Positions 1 to 10,439 of a DNA stretch of 64,000 nucleotides are shown here, in pieces. Both the position numbers and the translations under genes were made by a program. The first letter of the stretch is position 1, and each line of letters opens with the position of its first letter. The DNA comes from Candidatus Adlerbacteria bacterium GW2011_GWA1_54_10. Its GTDB lineage: Bacteria > Patescibacteriota > Minisyncoccia > Phycocordibacterales > SBAW01. The stretch spans positions 63,984 to 127,983 of the forward strand of contig LCRO01000003.1 of NCBI GenBank assembly GCA_001004665.1, given 5' to 3'. The notes under the pieces were generated by a model. That model did no database searches and was not told the DNA's origin. It worked only from the letters and a program-made list of their open reading frames with translations.

Positions 1-44
1 CCATCTACCAAACCAACCACATATTCTGGACTAAGATTTTTCAT
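1..44 (-). CDS. 5' fragment of intron-encoded LAGLIDADG homing endonuclease (runs off window)
   Basis: ATG at 44 reads MKNLSPEYVVGLVDG..., a LAGLIDADG motif. It lies just after intron domain III, i.e. in domain IV. Not in the ORF track because it is truncated. Confidence 0.8.
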   Translation of the reverse strand, partial: MKNLSPEYVVGLVD

Positions 45-384
45 TGAGTGGGTCCTTTTTCTTTCGAATACTATGACCCAGCTGACTTCTGACGCTGCGT
101 CAGATTCATTATACCCCGATTTTCGGGGTAACAGCGTCAGATCTCCACAGGTTACGAGCACTTCTGTTCCAAACATCCACTGCGGGATTTTCTTAGTTCT
201 TCCCTACCCTCACCGCCCACTGGTAGGTCGAACGCCCTTTAGTTTGCAGAGGCTGCTTTTTGCGTCCGGGCCCTCCGGCACTACCCTCACGGATATATGC
301 TTGCCCTTTTGCTACGCCTCGACGACGAAATCGAGGGTACGGATTTTAACCGCATAGAAGTGCGCGCTGCTGTGCGCGTTTATT
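1..384 (-). mobile_element. Group II intron (IIC-like RNA) in 16S rRNA after ~C1399 (E. coli numbering), partial
   Basis: 16S similarity stops after GTACTCAC (385). The minus strand has IIC-like motifs: CTTCTATGCGGTTAAAATCCG near the 5' end, CGTAACCTGTGGAGATCTG at the DI/DII junction and AGAAGTCAGCTGGGTCATAGTA (DIII). An EBS loop is complementary to the exon. Confidence 0.8.
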
Positions 385-1653
385 GTGAGTACAAGACTTG
401 AGAACGTATTCACCGCGGTATAGCTGACCCGCGATTACTAGCGATTCCGGCTTCATGAGGGCGAGTTGCAGCCCTCAATCCGAGACATGCTGATCTGGCG
501 TCATCCCCACCTTCCTCCCCCGTGAGGGGGCAGTCTCGCCTGACATTTAAAACAGGCAACAGGGGTTGCGTTCGTTACCCCACTGAAGGGAACAGTTCAA
601 ACCACGAACTGACGACGACCATGCATCACCTGCCAAGCCGCCTTTCGGGGACTCTGGTTTCCCAAAGTTTTCGTCTTGGTTTCAAACCCTGGTGAGGTTC
701 TTCGTTTGTCATCGAATTGAGCCGCATGATCCACCGCTTGTGCAAGTCCCCGTCTATTCCTTTGAGTTTTAATCTTGCGATCGTACTACCCAGGCGCACG
801 ACTTAACGCGTTAGCTTCGCCTCGCAGAGGGTCGATACTCCGCAAAGCCAGTCGTGATCGTTTAGGGCTACGAATACCGGGGTATCTAATCCCGTTCTCT
901 CCCGTAGCTTTCGTGTTTCAGCGTCAGGAGCGCGCCAGCAAAGTGCCTTCGCATTTGGTGTTCCCCATGATATCAACGGATTTCACCCCTACACCATGAG
1001 TTCCCTTTGCCTCTCGCGTCCTCTTAAAGCCGTGCCGTTTCCGCCGCATTCCACGGGTTGAGCCCGCGGGCTTTTACGAACGGACTAACATGGCCGCCTA
1101 CACACCCTTTACGCCCAGTGATTCCGGATAATGCTCGGGGCCTCTGTATTACCGCTCCTGCTGGCACAGAGTTAGGAGCCCCTTATTCATGCGCTAACGT
1201 CAATTACTTCCTCACGCATAAAAGCTGTTTACGTCCCGAAGGACTTCGTCCAGCACGCGGCGTCGCATGGTCAGGCTTTCGCCCATTGCCAAATATTCTC
1301 GACTGCAGCCACCCGTAGGTGTATGGGCCGTGTCTCAGTCCCATCGGTGGGGGTCAGCCTCTCAGCTCCCCTAGGCGTCGTAGCCACGGTAGGCCGTTAC
1401 CCTACCGTCTAGCTGATGCCCCGCAGGCCGCTCAAAGAGCGCGTTGCCGCTTTACCCTTCGACTTGCGTCTCAGGGACTATCGGGAATTACCCAACCTTT
1501 CGGCTGGCTATGCCCGACTCTTCGGTGCGTACCTGCGTATTACTACCTCGTCTGCCGGTTTACTTCGGTCTTGCGACTTCAGCATCCCATGACTTGCATG
1601 CCTTATCCACGCCGCTAGCATTCATCCTGAGCTAGGATCAAACTCTGAATAAT
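385..1653 (-). rRNA. rrs: 16S rRNA, 5' exon (3' end outside window; ~90 nt apparently missing at ~483)
   Basis: Reverse complement of AGAGTTTGATCCTAGCTCAG at 1627-1646, plus 515-, 907- and 1392-region motifs. Confidence 0.97.
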
Positions 1654-2003
1654 TGCGAAGCAATTATTCACCCTGAGGTTACTCGAAGGGTGAATACACC
1701 TCGCAACCTAACTCGATATGACCCCTCGATACCGCCTTGCGGCGGTCCTCGGGGTGCTCAATTTTGTTACCGCTTACGCGGACAAAATTGGCAACGGAAC
1801 AAGAGAAAGATGCACCAGCCTATGGCTGGCGAAACAACTAGTCTCTTGTTTAACTTACTTACTTTAGATCGGTGTGATCTAGAACTTTTTCCTCTCCCGC
1901 TGCTCGGGATCGGAAATTTTTATTCGCTGTTGTCAAAAAACAAACCGCCGTCGGCGGTGCTCTCAAGACCTTGAGATTTCACCGTTAAGCAGTCATGGGT
2001 TCC

Positions 2004-2031
2004 AGTATAGCCCCTCTGAAGCGGATGTCAA
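2004..2031 (-). promoter_or_regulatory. sigma70 promoter of 16S gene
   Basis: TTGACA-16 bp-TATACT on the minus strand, followed by boxA-like TGTTTTTTGACAA at 1930-1942. Confidence 0.8.
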
Positions 2032-2033
2032 TG

Positions 2034-2068
2034 AAAAAATAAGGGCCGCTTGCGGTTACAAGCGGCCC
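2034..2068 (-). terminator. Rho-independent terminator
   Basis: GGGCCGCTTG/CAAGCGGCCC hairpin followed by a T-tract on the minus strand, downstream of the kinase gene. Confidence 0.7.
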
Positions 2069-2105
2069 AAGTCCAGGGAGGAAACGCCCAGGGTGGGCAC
2101 CTTCA

Positions 2106-2657
2106 CTATACCCCCACTTTCCGGAGCGCAACCTCGACCTGTTGATAAAGGTCCTCCCGCGTGCCGTCGTTCCGGAGCACCGAGTCAGCCATGGCGATAA
2201 CGGCCTTGAGATTCTGTTTGGAGGGATTGGTATTTTCCCATTCTCGTTGCTCATCAGCTTGAAATTTTTCAAACGATATTTTGTCTGTTTCCGACATACG
2301 CTTGGCAATTCTTTCGTATCGTTTTTGGACATCCGCATCAACCGCCCACAAAAGCGCTTGATGTGATTTCAAATATCCAGCCTCTCCGATTGAACGGATT
2401 GATTCTATAACGGTGCCGCTACCGTCTTCGAGCGCTCGACCAAGCAACTGCTCAGTAATATATCCGGAACCATGCATGGCGCGCAGATCGTTGGCGACTT
2501 CGGTCATTGTATCGCGACTTGACTCAAGACCCCGCCTCGCAATTTCTTCGTTCAAAAAATCGCGCACAGAAAAATGCCTGAACCCCTTGGTGTTGACCAG
2601 GTATTCGACTACCGTTCCTTTTCCAGCGCCCAGAGTTCCTGTAATTCCGATAATCAT
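2106..2657 (-). CDS. P-loop nucleotide kinase (dephospho-CoA/NMP kinase-like AAA family)
   Basis: MIIGITGTLGAGKGT Walker A motif and NMP-kinase-like size. Confidence 0.8.
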   Translation of the reverse strand: MIIGITGTLGAGKGTVVEYLVNTKGFRHFSVRDFLNEEIARRGLESSRDTMTEVANDLRAMHGSGYITEQLLGRALEDGSGTVIESIRSIGEAGYLKSHQALLWAVDADVQKRYERIAKRMSETDKISFEKFQADEQREWENTNPSKQNLKAVIAMADSVLRNDGTREDLYQQVEVALRKVGV

Positions 2658-3556
2658 TTCTTTCGATTGGAAAACCGCTCCCACACGACGAGGAGCGGCG
2701 AGGCGAGGAAAATGGAAGAATAGGTGCCGGCAATCATGCCGACGATCAAAGTAAGAGCGAAGTTCCTCGTAGATTCCGGTCCCAAAAAATAAAGAGCGAG
2801 CAAAACGATTATCACGGTTACCGAAGTGTTGATGGAGCGCGTGACGGTCTGCGTAATGCTCCGGCCCACTACCGACTCAAATTCCTCGCGCCGGTGCGCC
2901 TCTTCGTTCTTGCGCAAATTCTCGCGAATGCGGTCGAAGACGACAATGGTGTCGTTAATGGATATGCCGAGTATGGTAAGCAATGCGACGATAAAAAGGG
3001 CGTCTACTTCGGCGCCTGCAGTGCCGCCTAGGAACGCGAAAAGTCCGACAGGTATCAAGATGTCGTGCAATAGAGTAAGTATGGCGACGATGCCGTACTT
3101 CCACGAAGCTACTGGCTTTGAGACATGGCGAAAGGCGAATGCGATAAAGGCGATTATCAGTACGACGACAAGCGTTATTGCTATCCATGCTTTACGCATG
3201 AGCTCCGCGCCGAGCGACGGGCCTATAGAGGAAAACTGCACCTCTTCCATTTCGCCCAAATTGCGCAGCGGCTGTAGCAGCATCTGTCGCTCCTCCTCCG
3301 CAAGATTGCGCTGGCGCAAAATGAAGCCGCTCTCGCCCGTCGGTTGGACCCGCACTTCGCCGAGCCGGAGGACATCCACGCGCTCGCGCACCGCTTCTAC
3401 CGGCGGCCGGCCAGCTGGGTAGCGTACTTCGAGCAGAGAGCCGCCAGCAAGGTCGATACCGGGCTTAAGCCCCCATACACCCAAAGCCGCGATCGCCGCG
3501 ATGCTTAATGCGGCCGGCAATATAAAAAAGTATTTCAGATTTTTTGTGATATGCAT
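2654..3556 (-). CDS. secF: Protein translocase subunit SecF
   Basis: GIDLAGG, IGPSLGAEL, SINDTIVVFDRIREN and GTYSSIFLA motifs. Start at MHITKN. Confidence 0.95.
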   Translation of the reverse strand: MHITKNLKYFFILPAALSIAAIAALGVWGLKPGIDLAGGSLLEVRYPAGRPPVEAVRERVDVLRLGEVRVQPTGESGFILRQRNLAEEERQMLLQPLRNLGEMEEVQFSSIGPSLGAELMRKAWIAITLVVVLIIAFIAFAFRHVSKPVASWKYGIVAILTLLHDILIPVGLFAFLGGTAGAEVDALFIVALLTILGISINDTIVVFDRIRENLRKNEEAHRREEFESVVGRSITQTVTRSINTSVTVIIVLLALYFLGPESTRNFALTLIVGMIAGTYSSIFLASPLLVVWERFSNRKK

Positions 3557-3573
3557 AAAACTAGTGGTTTGGG

Positions 3574-4817
3574 TCAGCGACTGGTAAAACCGGATTTCAG
3601 TAAAAATCGTCCGAACGGCTTCTCCGCATTTATGCCGAGTGCGAGAAGAAAAGTTCGCGAGATAGTTATCGCCGACAGCATGGAAACAAGGACACCTATA
3701 CCGAAAACGAGTGCAAATCCCTTGATAAGGGACGTCCCGAACCAAAACAGTATTACAGCGGCAATGATGTGCGCAAAGTTGCTGTCGCGGATAGCGAGCC
3801 ATGCTCGCGCAAATCCCTCGCGAATGGCAGATTCCGCCTTTTTGCCGGCCGCAAGTTCTTCTTTAATGCGCTCGGCAATGAGGATGTTTGCGTCAACCGC
3901 AAGCCCCACAGAAAGTATGAAGGCGGCTATGCCCGCGGCAGTCAGCACCACCGGAATAAGCTTGAAGAGCGCGAGCATAAGCACGACGTATATTACGAGT
4001 GCGAATACAGCTACAAGCCCCGGCAGACGGTACCAAAGGATCATAAAGACCGACAATACGGCAAAGCCGGCAAGTCCGGCAAAGAGGCCGGCGCGCAGCG
4101 CGGTCTCTCCCAATATCGCGCCTATTGTCTGCGTGCTCTGCAATTCTATGGGCACGGGCAGGGCCCCCAGGTTGAGTCCGCGCACGAGCTCGCGCGCGGA
4201 CTCCGCAGTGAAATTGCCGGAGATTACTGCACTACCGCCGTCTATGCGCTCTCTGACGACGGGGGCGGATATTCCCCGCCCGTCAAGGAATATGGCGATG
4301 TATCCTCGCGCGACGAGTATTTGACTAAGGAACTCGCGGATCTTGAGGGGTCAAAAGAGAAACTGGAGGAAATGATGGACGAACTTGAGGGGTCTCCATG
4401 CTCGTCGGAAACATTTTTTTCGAATTCCTTTTTGACCAGCTTAAACTCAAGTAGGGGCGTCCGGCCTATCATCGCTGTCGCCTCCTCGATGTCGGTAACG
4501 CCCGGCAGCTCGACAACGAGCCGGTGCTCGCCCTGTCCAAGCGCCCCGCCCTGCTCCGTCTCTACAACCGGCTCGCCCACTCCGAAGGCGTTCACGCGCC
4601 GCTCGATGACCTCGCGGAGCGTCCCTAGTGAATCCGCGATGTCTTCCGATTTTAGCTTGCTCGTATCCGCGCGATAGACAAGATGAGTGCCTCCGGAGAG
4701 ATCAAGCCCCAATTTAAAATCAAACCGCCCGCCGCCGCCTGTTGTGACCCATACAAAAAAGCCAATGACGGCCGATGCTATAAGGATCAAAATGGCGCTG
4801 TACCGCAACCAAAACAT
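3574..4817 (-). pseudogene. secD: Protein translocase subunit SecD, frame broken at ~4310-4395 (likely assembly artefact)
   Basis: N-half has LGLDLSGG and IERRVNAFGVGEP. C-half has GALPVP and AVDANILIAERIKEE. Part of the P1 domain is replaced by ~75 nt of unrelated sequence. Confidence 0.85.
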
Positions 4818-4919
4818 GATAGGCAGGATAACAGAGATTGAATTTTTTGCCAATTACCGTTTTAACAAGAGGCTTACACCTTAACTTACACGACCGTTAC
4901 AACTAAGGTGTAAATTGAT

Positions 4920-5651
4920 TTATTTTTGAGATTTTTTTACCAAAGTCAGTAAGTTTTTGAAAATCATTGCAACCGCGATGGGGCCCACGCCGCCGGGGAC
5001 GGGTGTAAAGACGGATGCGATTTTTGCGCACTGCGGATCCGCGTCGCCCATGAGCCGTCCTCCCTGCTCGGAGGTACCCGCATCTATGAGCACGACCCCC
5101 TCCTTGAGCATCTCGGGCTTGATAAGCCCGGGCTCGCCGGCGCCACAAACCACAATGTCCGCATCCTTAAGCTCTTCGAGTGAGCCGCGGGTTTGCGTAA
5201 CCATATGGACCTCCGCTCCCAAATCGCGCAGAAGCTGTGCCGCGGGCGCACCGACCAATTTCCCAGCGCCGATAACAACCGATAATTTATGCGCGGCCGC
5301 GACTCCGGCGCGCGTGAATATTTCCGAGATAGCCTCCGCTACGGGCGCCCGCACGAGCGGGCGCGGCGAGAGCGCGTCTACATCCTTATCCGGTGGAATC
5401 TCCGCGAGCAATCTTTCGGCGTTCGTTATCGGCAGTTGGACTATAATACCGTCACAGGTATTTGCGAGCTCCTGCAGCTCACCTTTCAAAATTTCGACTC
5501 CGAGCCTCTGCGCTACGCGCGATTTTATTTTTATGAATGACTCCGTCGCCGCGTCGGCGCTCCCTATGACAAGCCCCAGTTTGCGCCCGCGCAAACTTTC
5601 TCCCAAACCGACAATGACTTCCTCTGCTATTTTTTTTCCGTCGATAATCAC
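4920..5651 (-). CDS. folD: Bifunctional methylenetetrahydrofolate dehydrogenase/cyclohydrolase (compact)
   Basis: IIDGKKIA, GIIVQLP, KDVD, GDAD and TPVPGGVGP motifs. Confidence 0.93.
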   Translation of the reverse strand: MIIDGKKIAEEVIVGLGESLRGRKLGLVIGSADAATESFIKIKSRVAQRLGVEILKGELQELANTCDGIIVQLPITNAERLLAEIPPDKDVDALSPRPLVRAPVAEAISEIFTRAGVAAAHKLSVVIGAGKLVGAPAAQLLRDLGAEVHMVTQTRGSLEELKDADIVVCGAGEPGLIKPEMLKEGVVLIDAGTSEQGGRLMGDADPQCAKIASVFTPVPGGVGPIAVAMIFKNLLTLVKKSQK

Positions 5652-5673
5652 GGTATCAATATATTAAACCGTC

Positions 5674-7017
5674 CTACGCTCCCGCGTGCATTATGAGCTT
5701 TTTAACGGTCTTGAGCACTATCGTGGCATCAAGAAGAAGCGAGCGGTGTTTGAGGTAATAAAGGTCGAAGGAAAATTTTTCGCGCGTAGCTTCGACCTGT
5801 GCCTCGTGATGCGGATGCCTGTCGTGATAAAGCTGGGCCCAGCCCGAGAGCCCCGGCTTAACCAAATGGCGGAAATTATAGTATGGGATCTGCCGGGCGT
5901 ATTCCTCGACCAGTGGAGGAAATTCTGGCCGTGGACCGATGAGCGATATGTCGCCGCGGACAACATTCCAGAGTTGCGGCAATTCGTCCAACCTCGATAT
6001 CCGAAGGAATCTCCCCACCCTTGTCACCTGTAGTTTGGAACTCGCCCCAGGCCCGTACATTCCCCTGTCGTTGCCCGTCATGCTGCGAAATTTGTACAAA
6101 TTGAAAATGGCTCCGCCCTCGCCAGCGCGTGGCATGGAAATAAGAACTTCTCCTCCATCTTCTATTTTTATCGTAAGCGCGATGAATGGATAAAAGACAA
6201 GCGAGAATAGCGCCGCTGGGAGGGCTATAACGATGTCCATCAGCCGCTTGACCGGGTCGTACAGAGTGTGCGCATAGCGACTGACATTGCGGGCTATCCA
6301 TCGGTCGTCTATCTGCGAGAGGAGTATACGGCCGAATACTTCCTCGTAAAGTCCCGCCGCATCAAAGAAACTCACCCCCGCAGTGAGCAAGTTAAAAAGG
6401 CCGGGAAAGGCCCGCGCCACGGAAGGATGATTGAAGTCGGCAATGACGACGCTTATACCATTCTCCGCTATGGCACTGCGCACGCGCTCCGGCACCGCCT
6501 CTTGCGGCTTAAGGACGGCAACTACGCGCGTAGGAGAGCGGTGCGCGGTGTTGAGCGCGCGGGAAAGATCGACAAATCGCGGGCTCTCGCCTATAAGCAA
6601 GGCACGCTCCGGCTCTCCTTGCCCAAGGCGCGGAAAGAGTGCCGCGCGCCACAGCAGTACCAAAAGGAACGAGACTATGAGGTAAATAACGAGAAGCGTT
6701 TTCGGCGCTATGCCGAAGGCAGGAACAAAAAAGAAGAACAACGCCGCAAGGACCAAATTTATTATCTGTGCGACAAGTAGTGTCGCGGAGAGCGCGCGGC
6801 GCGCGAGGATGACCGACCGCTCGTAGAGTCCGGCAATAAAGAAGACCGATATCCACGCGGCGAACAGGAATGCGAACGGGACGAGGTGCGCGAAGAAAAG
6901 CACGCTTGGAGGCGGCATGAGCTCGCGCAAAGCAAGCGAAAACCAGAGAGCAAGCACAAAAAAAATCAAGTCCCCCGCAAAAAGGATAAGCGTGCGGGGA
7001 CGGAATACGGTTGTCAT
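5674..7017 (-). CDS. Polyprenyl-phosphate sugar phosphotransferase (WcaJ/WbaP-like)
   Basis: N-terminal TM helices plus YKFRSM, RLDELPQLWNV, GPRPE and KPGLSGWAQ. Confidence 0.92.
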   Translation of the reverse strand: MTTVFRPRTLILFAGDLIFFVLALWFSLALRELMPPPSVLFFAHLVPFAFLFAAWISVFFIAGLYERSVILARRALSATLLVAQIINLVLAALFFFFVPAFGIAPKTLLVIYLIVSFLLVLLWRAALFPRLGQGEPERALLIGESPRFVDLSRALNTAHRSPTRVVAVLKPQEAVPERVRSAIAENGISVVIADFNHPSVARAFPGLFNLLTAGVSFFDAAGLYEEVFGRILLSQIDDRWIARNVSRYAHTLYDPVKRLMDIVIALPAALFSLVFYPFIALTIKIEDGGEVLISMPRAGEGGAIFNLYKFRSMTGNDRGMYGPGASSKLQVTRVGRFLRISRLDELPQLWNVVRGDISLIGPRPEFPPLVEEYARQIPYYNFRHLVKPGLSGWAQLYHDRHPHHEAQVEATREKFSFDLYYLKHRSLLLDATIVLKTVKKLIMHAGA

Positions 7018-7041
7018 AGTTTTGGCATATACTACAACAAA

Positions 7042-7978
7042 ATGAGCAAAAAGAAAGTTTTGTACGTAATAACGAAAGGCAATTGGGGCGGCGCACAGCG
7101 CTATGTCTTTGACCTTGCTACAGGTCTGCCAAAAGACGAATTCGAGGTCGCAGTTGCGCTCGGAGAGCCTGCCTTGTCAGCAGGCAAACCGGGTCTGCTG
7201 GCGGATAAGTTAAAATCGGCAAGTGTCATGATATATTATATCAGTTCGCTTGGGCGTGATGTTTCGTTCGGAAAAGATACGACAAGTTTTTTTGAGCTAT
7301 ACCGGTTGTTTAAAAAAGAAAAGCCCGACATAGCGCATTTGAATTCGAGTAAAGCTGGCGGCGTGGGCGCGCTACTGGCCGTTTTGGGAGCAGAGAAATT
7401 TCTTAATGCGCGGCGCGATATGGTTCTTCTCCTGGCTTACGGCGCTCCTCTCGCATACGGTTATCGTCATCTCTGACTACGATCTGCGCGTCGCGCGGCG
7501 GATGCCCTTCGTGAGCAGGAAAACAGTGCGTATATACAATGGTATCGGCCTGGAGACACTTGGTACGGGAAAAATGATCAGAAGCGCGTTTCCGCCGGGA
7601 GCGGTGATAACCGGAACTATAGGCGAGTTAAATAAAAACAAAAACCAACAAGTGCTTATCGAGCAGGCAAAAAACAACTCCAGCATGTTCGTCGCCATAG
7701 TCGGCGAGGGCGAGGAGCGCGGGCATCTTGAAGAAAAAATAAAAAAATATAATTTGAACGATCGGGTGCCTGCAAGCGAGGCACTGCGGGGCTTCGACGT
7801 CTTTGCCCTGCCATCGCTTAAAGAAGGCCTGCCGTACGTATTGTTGGAAGCGAAGCTCGCGGGACTTCCCATATTGGCGAACCACGTCGGTGGTGTCGGG
7901 GAAATATTGGACAACAAAAATCCAGGCGAATTCTCGCTCAAACAAATGCTCCTAAAAACGCTCGCGCTATATCGTTAA
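7042..7978 (+). pseudogene. GT4 glycosyltransferase, frameshifted at ~7375 (likely artefact)
   Basis: KVLYVITKGNWGGAQRYV ... HLNSSKAG, then WPFWEQRN in another frame, then EGLPYVLLEA. Short segments are missing at ~7375 and ~7767. Confidence 0.8.
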
Positions 7979-9088
7979 TTCCCTGTCCAGTGCGTCGCGA
8001 TGCGCCGCGCGCGCGTAAGAGTTCATTCCAGAGAGAATGCCCAGAGAAAGAAACTCCGCGAGCAGGTGCGAACCGCCGTAGCTCATAAATGGAATAGTAG
8101 TGCCGGTCACGGGCAAAAGACCGAGATTGATGCCCACATGCAGGGCAAAGTGCGCCCCAAAGTAGCACAGCACTCCCACGGCAAAAAGCGTCTCGAAATT
8201 GGACGCTCCGCGCATGGCGCTGTGCAATATCCGCCAAAACAGCACGCCGTACAAAGCAAACAGGAGCACTGTACCGGCAAACCCCCATTCCTCGGCGAAA
8301 GCCGCGAAAATAAAATCCGTCTGATACTCGGGAAGAAAACGCAGTTTACTCTGCGTGCCATACCCTACGCCCTTGCCAACGAGCTCTCCGGAGCCGACCG
8401 CCACCGTAGACTGATAGGCGTTATAGCCCGCGCCGTGGATGTCCGCAAGCGGATTCAAAAAAGTTAGGACGCGCTGTTTTTGATAATCCTCGAAACCGAA
8501 CACCCAAAGCCCTGCAAGCACACTAATGCCGACGGCTATAGTAATGAACAAATGCTTCCTCGAAATCCCGGAAAAGAGCACCATCAAGAGCCAAATGGCG
8601 GCAATGATTATGGCGGAACCGAAGTCAGGCTGGAGCGCTATTAAAACGAACACTATAGCCGCGTATGCACCGGAAACGAGTATGTGTCGGAAATTGGCTA
8701 TCTCTATGTGGCGACGGGAGAAATATTTAGCGAGAGCGATAATCATGATTATTTTTGCGAACTCGGCCGGCTGTACGGCGAGAGCTCCGAGATCGAACCA
8801 GCTACGCGCGCCTTGGAGCGCCGTTCCGAGCAAAAAAAGCCCCGCAAGCGGGACTATGAGCGCGAGATATGCCCCCGCGGCTACGGCGCCGCGGCGCAAA
8901 AAGCGCCAATCTAACGCCGCGGCGCCGAAGAACACAATCACGCTGACAAGGATCCAGAGAGCCTGGCGGAAGAAAAAAGGATCTTGCGCGGTGAAAGAAC
9001 CCATCGTAAGGAGGCCGAATAGTGCAAGCGCAAGAGCGGAGGAAAAAGCCATCCAGTCTATCCGGATTCTTTTTATTATCTGACTCAT
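7967..9088 (-). CDS. rodA: Rod shape-determining protein RodA (SEDS family)
   Basis: GARSW, QPAEFAK, LQPDFG, PEYQTDFIFA and PFMSYGGS motifs. Confidence 0.9.
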   Translation of the reverse strand: MSQIIKRIRIDWMAFSSALALALFGLLTMGSFTAQDPFFFRQALWILVSVIVFFGAAALDWRFLRRGAVAAGAYLALIVPLAGLFLLGTALQGARSWFDLGALAVQPAEFAKIIMIIALAKYFSRRHIEIANFRHILVSGAYAAIVFVLIALQPDFGSAIIIAAIWLLMVLFSGISRKHLFITIAVGISVLAGLWVFGFEDYQKQRVLTFLNPLADIHGAGYNAYQSTVAVGSGELVGKGVGYGTQSKLRFLPEYQTDFIFAAFAEEWGFAGTVLLFALYGVLFWRILHSAMRGASNFETLFAVGVLCYFGAHFALHVGINLGLLPVTGTTIPFMSYGGSHLLAEFLSLGILSGMNSYARAAHRDALDRELTI

Positions 9089-9840
9089 TTAGCTATAGGA
9101 AGAGCAATGACTTCGGCCCTGATTGCTCCCCTGACGCCGTCCGGCCATGTAAAGAAGATGGATTCCTGGGACTTTCGGTCTACGGAGAGAGCAGTGCGCG
9201 ACGCGGCCAGGGCGACTCCTTGCGCGTCAAAAAGTACGGCTCCGACCTCCGCCTCCGCGCCATAAGGCGAATCGTTTACAAGCGTCGCGTTGAGGAGCGT
9301 GCCATCGCCTTCCTTCAGCAAGACACCGGTAGTCCTGAGCGCGGGGAAATCGCCTTCTCGCGCGTGCAGCCAGTACGGCTCTCTTGTGAAGGACAGCATC
9401 GCCCGCGCCACGGTGCGGTTGCCCACGTCGATATTCGGCTCGATAATCGGAATTGTCTGCACCGGCGGCAAAAGGATGGTGCCGGTGCGCTCGGCTACAA
9501 GAAGATTGTTCCCATCAAAAAGCTGAAATGCGTAATGCACGTCGGGAGCATAGGCGCCCGCATTCTGGTTTTGCACGTAAGCGGCGGCTGTATAGGCGCC
9601 CTCGCCCCCGCTCATAGCGCGTACCCAAAGCACGACCGGCGCGCGCGCCTCCGCCTGGCACAGGAGCGCGCAGTCGCCGCCGCAGTCGACGCCCGACTCT
9701 CGACCGTTCTGCGCTCCGTCGCGGCAAGTGGGCACCGCGGTAAAGAAAGTTCTATAGATCCCGAACATTACGGCAAACCCAAAAACTGCCGCCACCGCCG
9801 CGTAAAGCAATTTCCTCCTGCCTCCCCAAGATAGAGCCAT
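9085..9840 (-). CDS. Membrane-anchored hypothetical protein with Cys-rich motif
   Basis: N-terminal TM helix and TCRDGAQNGRESGVDCGGDC. TACAAT lies 6 nt before the ATG. Confidence 0.75.
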   Translation of the reverse strand: MALSWGGRRKLLYAAVAAVFGFAVMFGIYRTFFTAVPTCRDGAQNGRESGVDCGGDCALLCQAEARAPVVLWVRAMSGGEGAYTAAAYVQNQNAGAYAPDVHYAFQLFDGNNLLVAERTGTILLPPVQTIPIIEPNIDVGNRTVARAMLSFTREPYWLHAREGDFPALRTTGVLLKEGDGTLLNATLVNDSPYGAEAEVGAVLFDAQGVALAASRTALSVDRKSQESIFFTWPDGVRGAIRAEVIALPIAK

Positions 9841-9910
9841 GGAGATATTGTATATCAAAGCAAAAAGAAAAACCGCAGCGCCGGTTGCTTAAAAAATTTA
9901 GATCCTCTGT

Positions 9911-10021
9911 TCTGGCGGCTACCTACTCTCGCTGTCTGTAACAACAACTACCATCGGCGCTAGCGGGCTTAACTTCCGTGTTCGGAATGAGAACGGGTGT
10001 GACCCCGCCGCCAAGCCACCA
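9911..10021 (-). rRNA. rrf: 5S rRNA
   Basis: The + strand has CTGGCGGCTACCTACTCTC ... AACTTCCGTGTTCGGAATGAGAACGGGTG, the reverse complement of 5S. Confidence 0.93.
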
Positions 10022-10264
10022 AAACAGAAGGTCCAAACTAACCCTTCGACAAAGCCTCAGGGGTAATTTTATAAAACAAAATCAACAACAGATTATTGCG
10101 ACTCTCAATCCATTTCCCCTCCATAAATTGCGAAGGGTTGCCCAAAAGGGGCCGGAACATCGATCGATTAGTATTCCTCGGCTCAATGCCTTGCGGCACG
10201 TACACCTAGAACCTATCAACGTGGTCATCTCCCACGGATCTTAATGATTCCTCATCTTGAAGTT

Positions 10265-10299
<35 letters not shown>

Positions 10300-10439
10300 T
10301 CCCGACATAGCTACCCAGCGGTCCCCTTGGCAGGAGAGCTGGTAGACCAGCGGTCAGTTCCTTCCGGTCCTCTCGTACTAGGAAGAACTCTTCTCAAGAA
10401 TCGACGCCTGCAGTAGATAGGAGACCAACCTGTCTCACG

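Noticed and set aside
73-1974. ORFs of 63-99 aa over the 16S region, and similar ORFs at 11041-14135
   Set aside because: They overlap rRNA or intron RNA and are spurious translations.
3574-7978. Programmed frameshifting in secD or the GT4 gene
   Set aside because: Conserved residues are missing at the junctions and there are no slippery sites, so deletion or artefact fits better.
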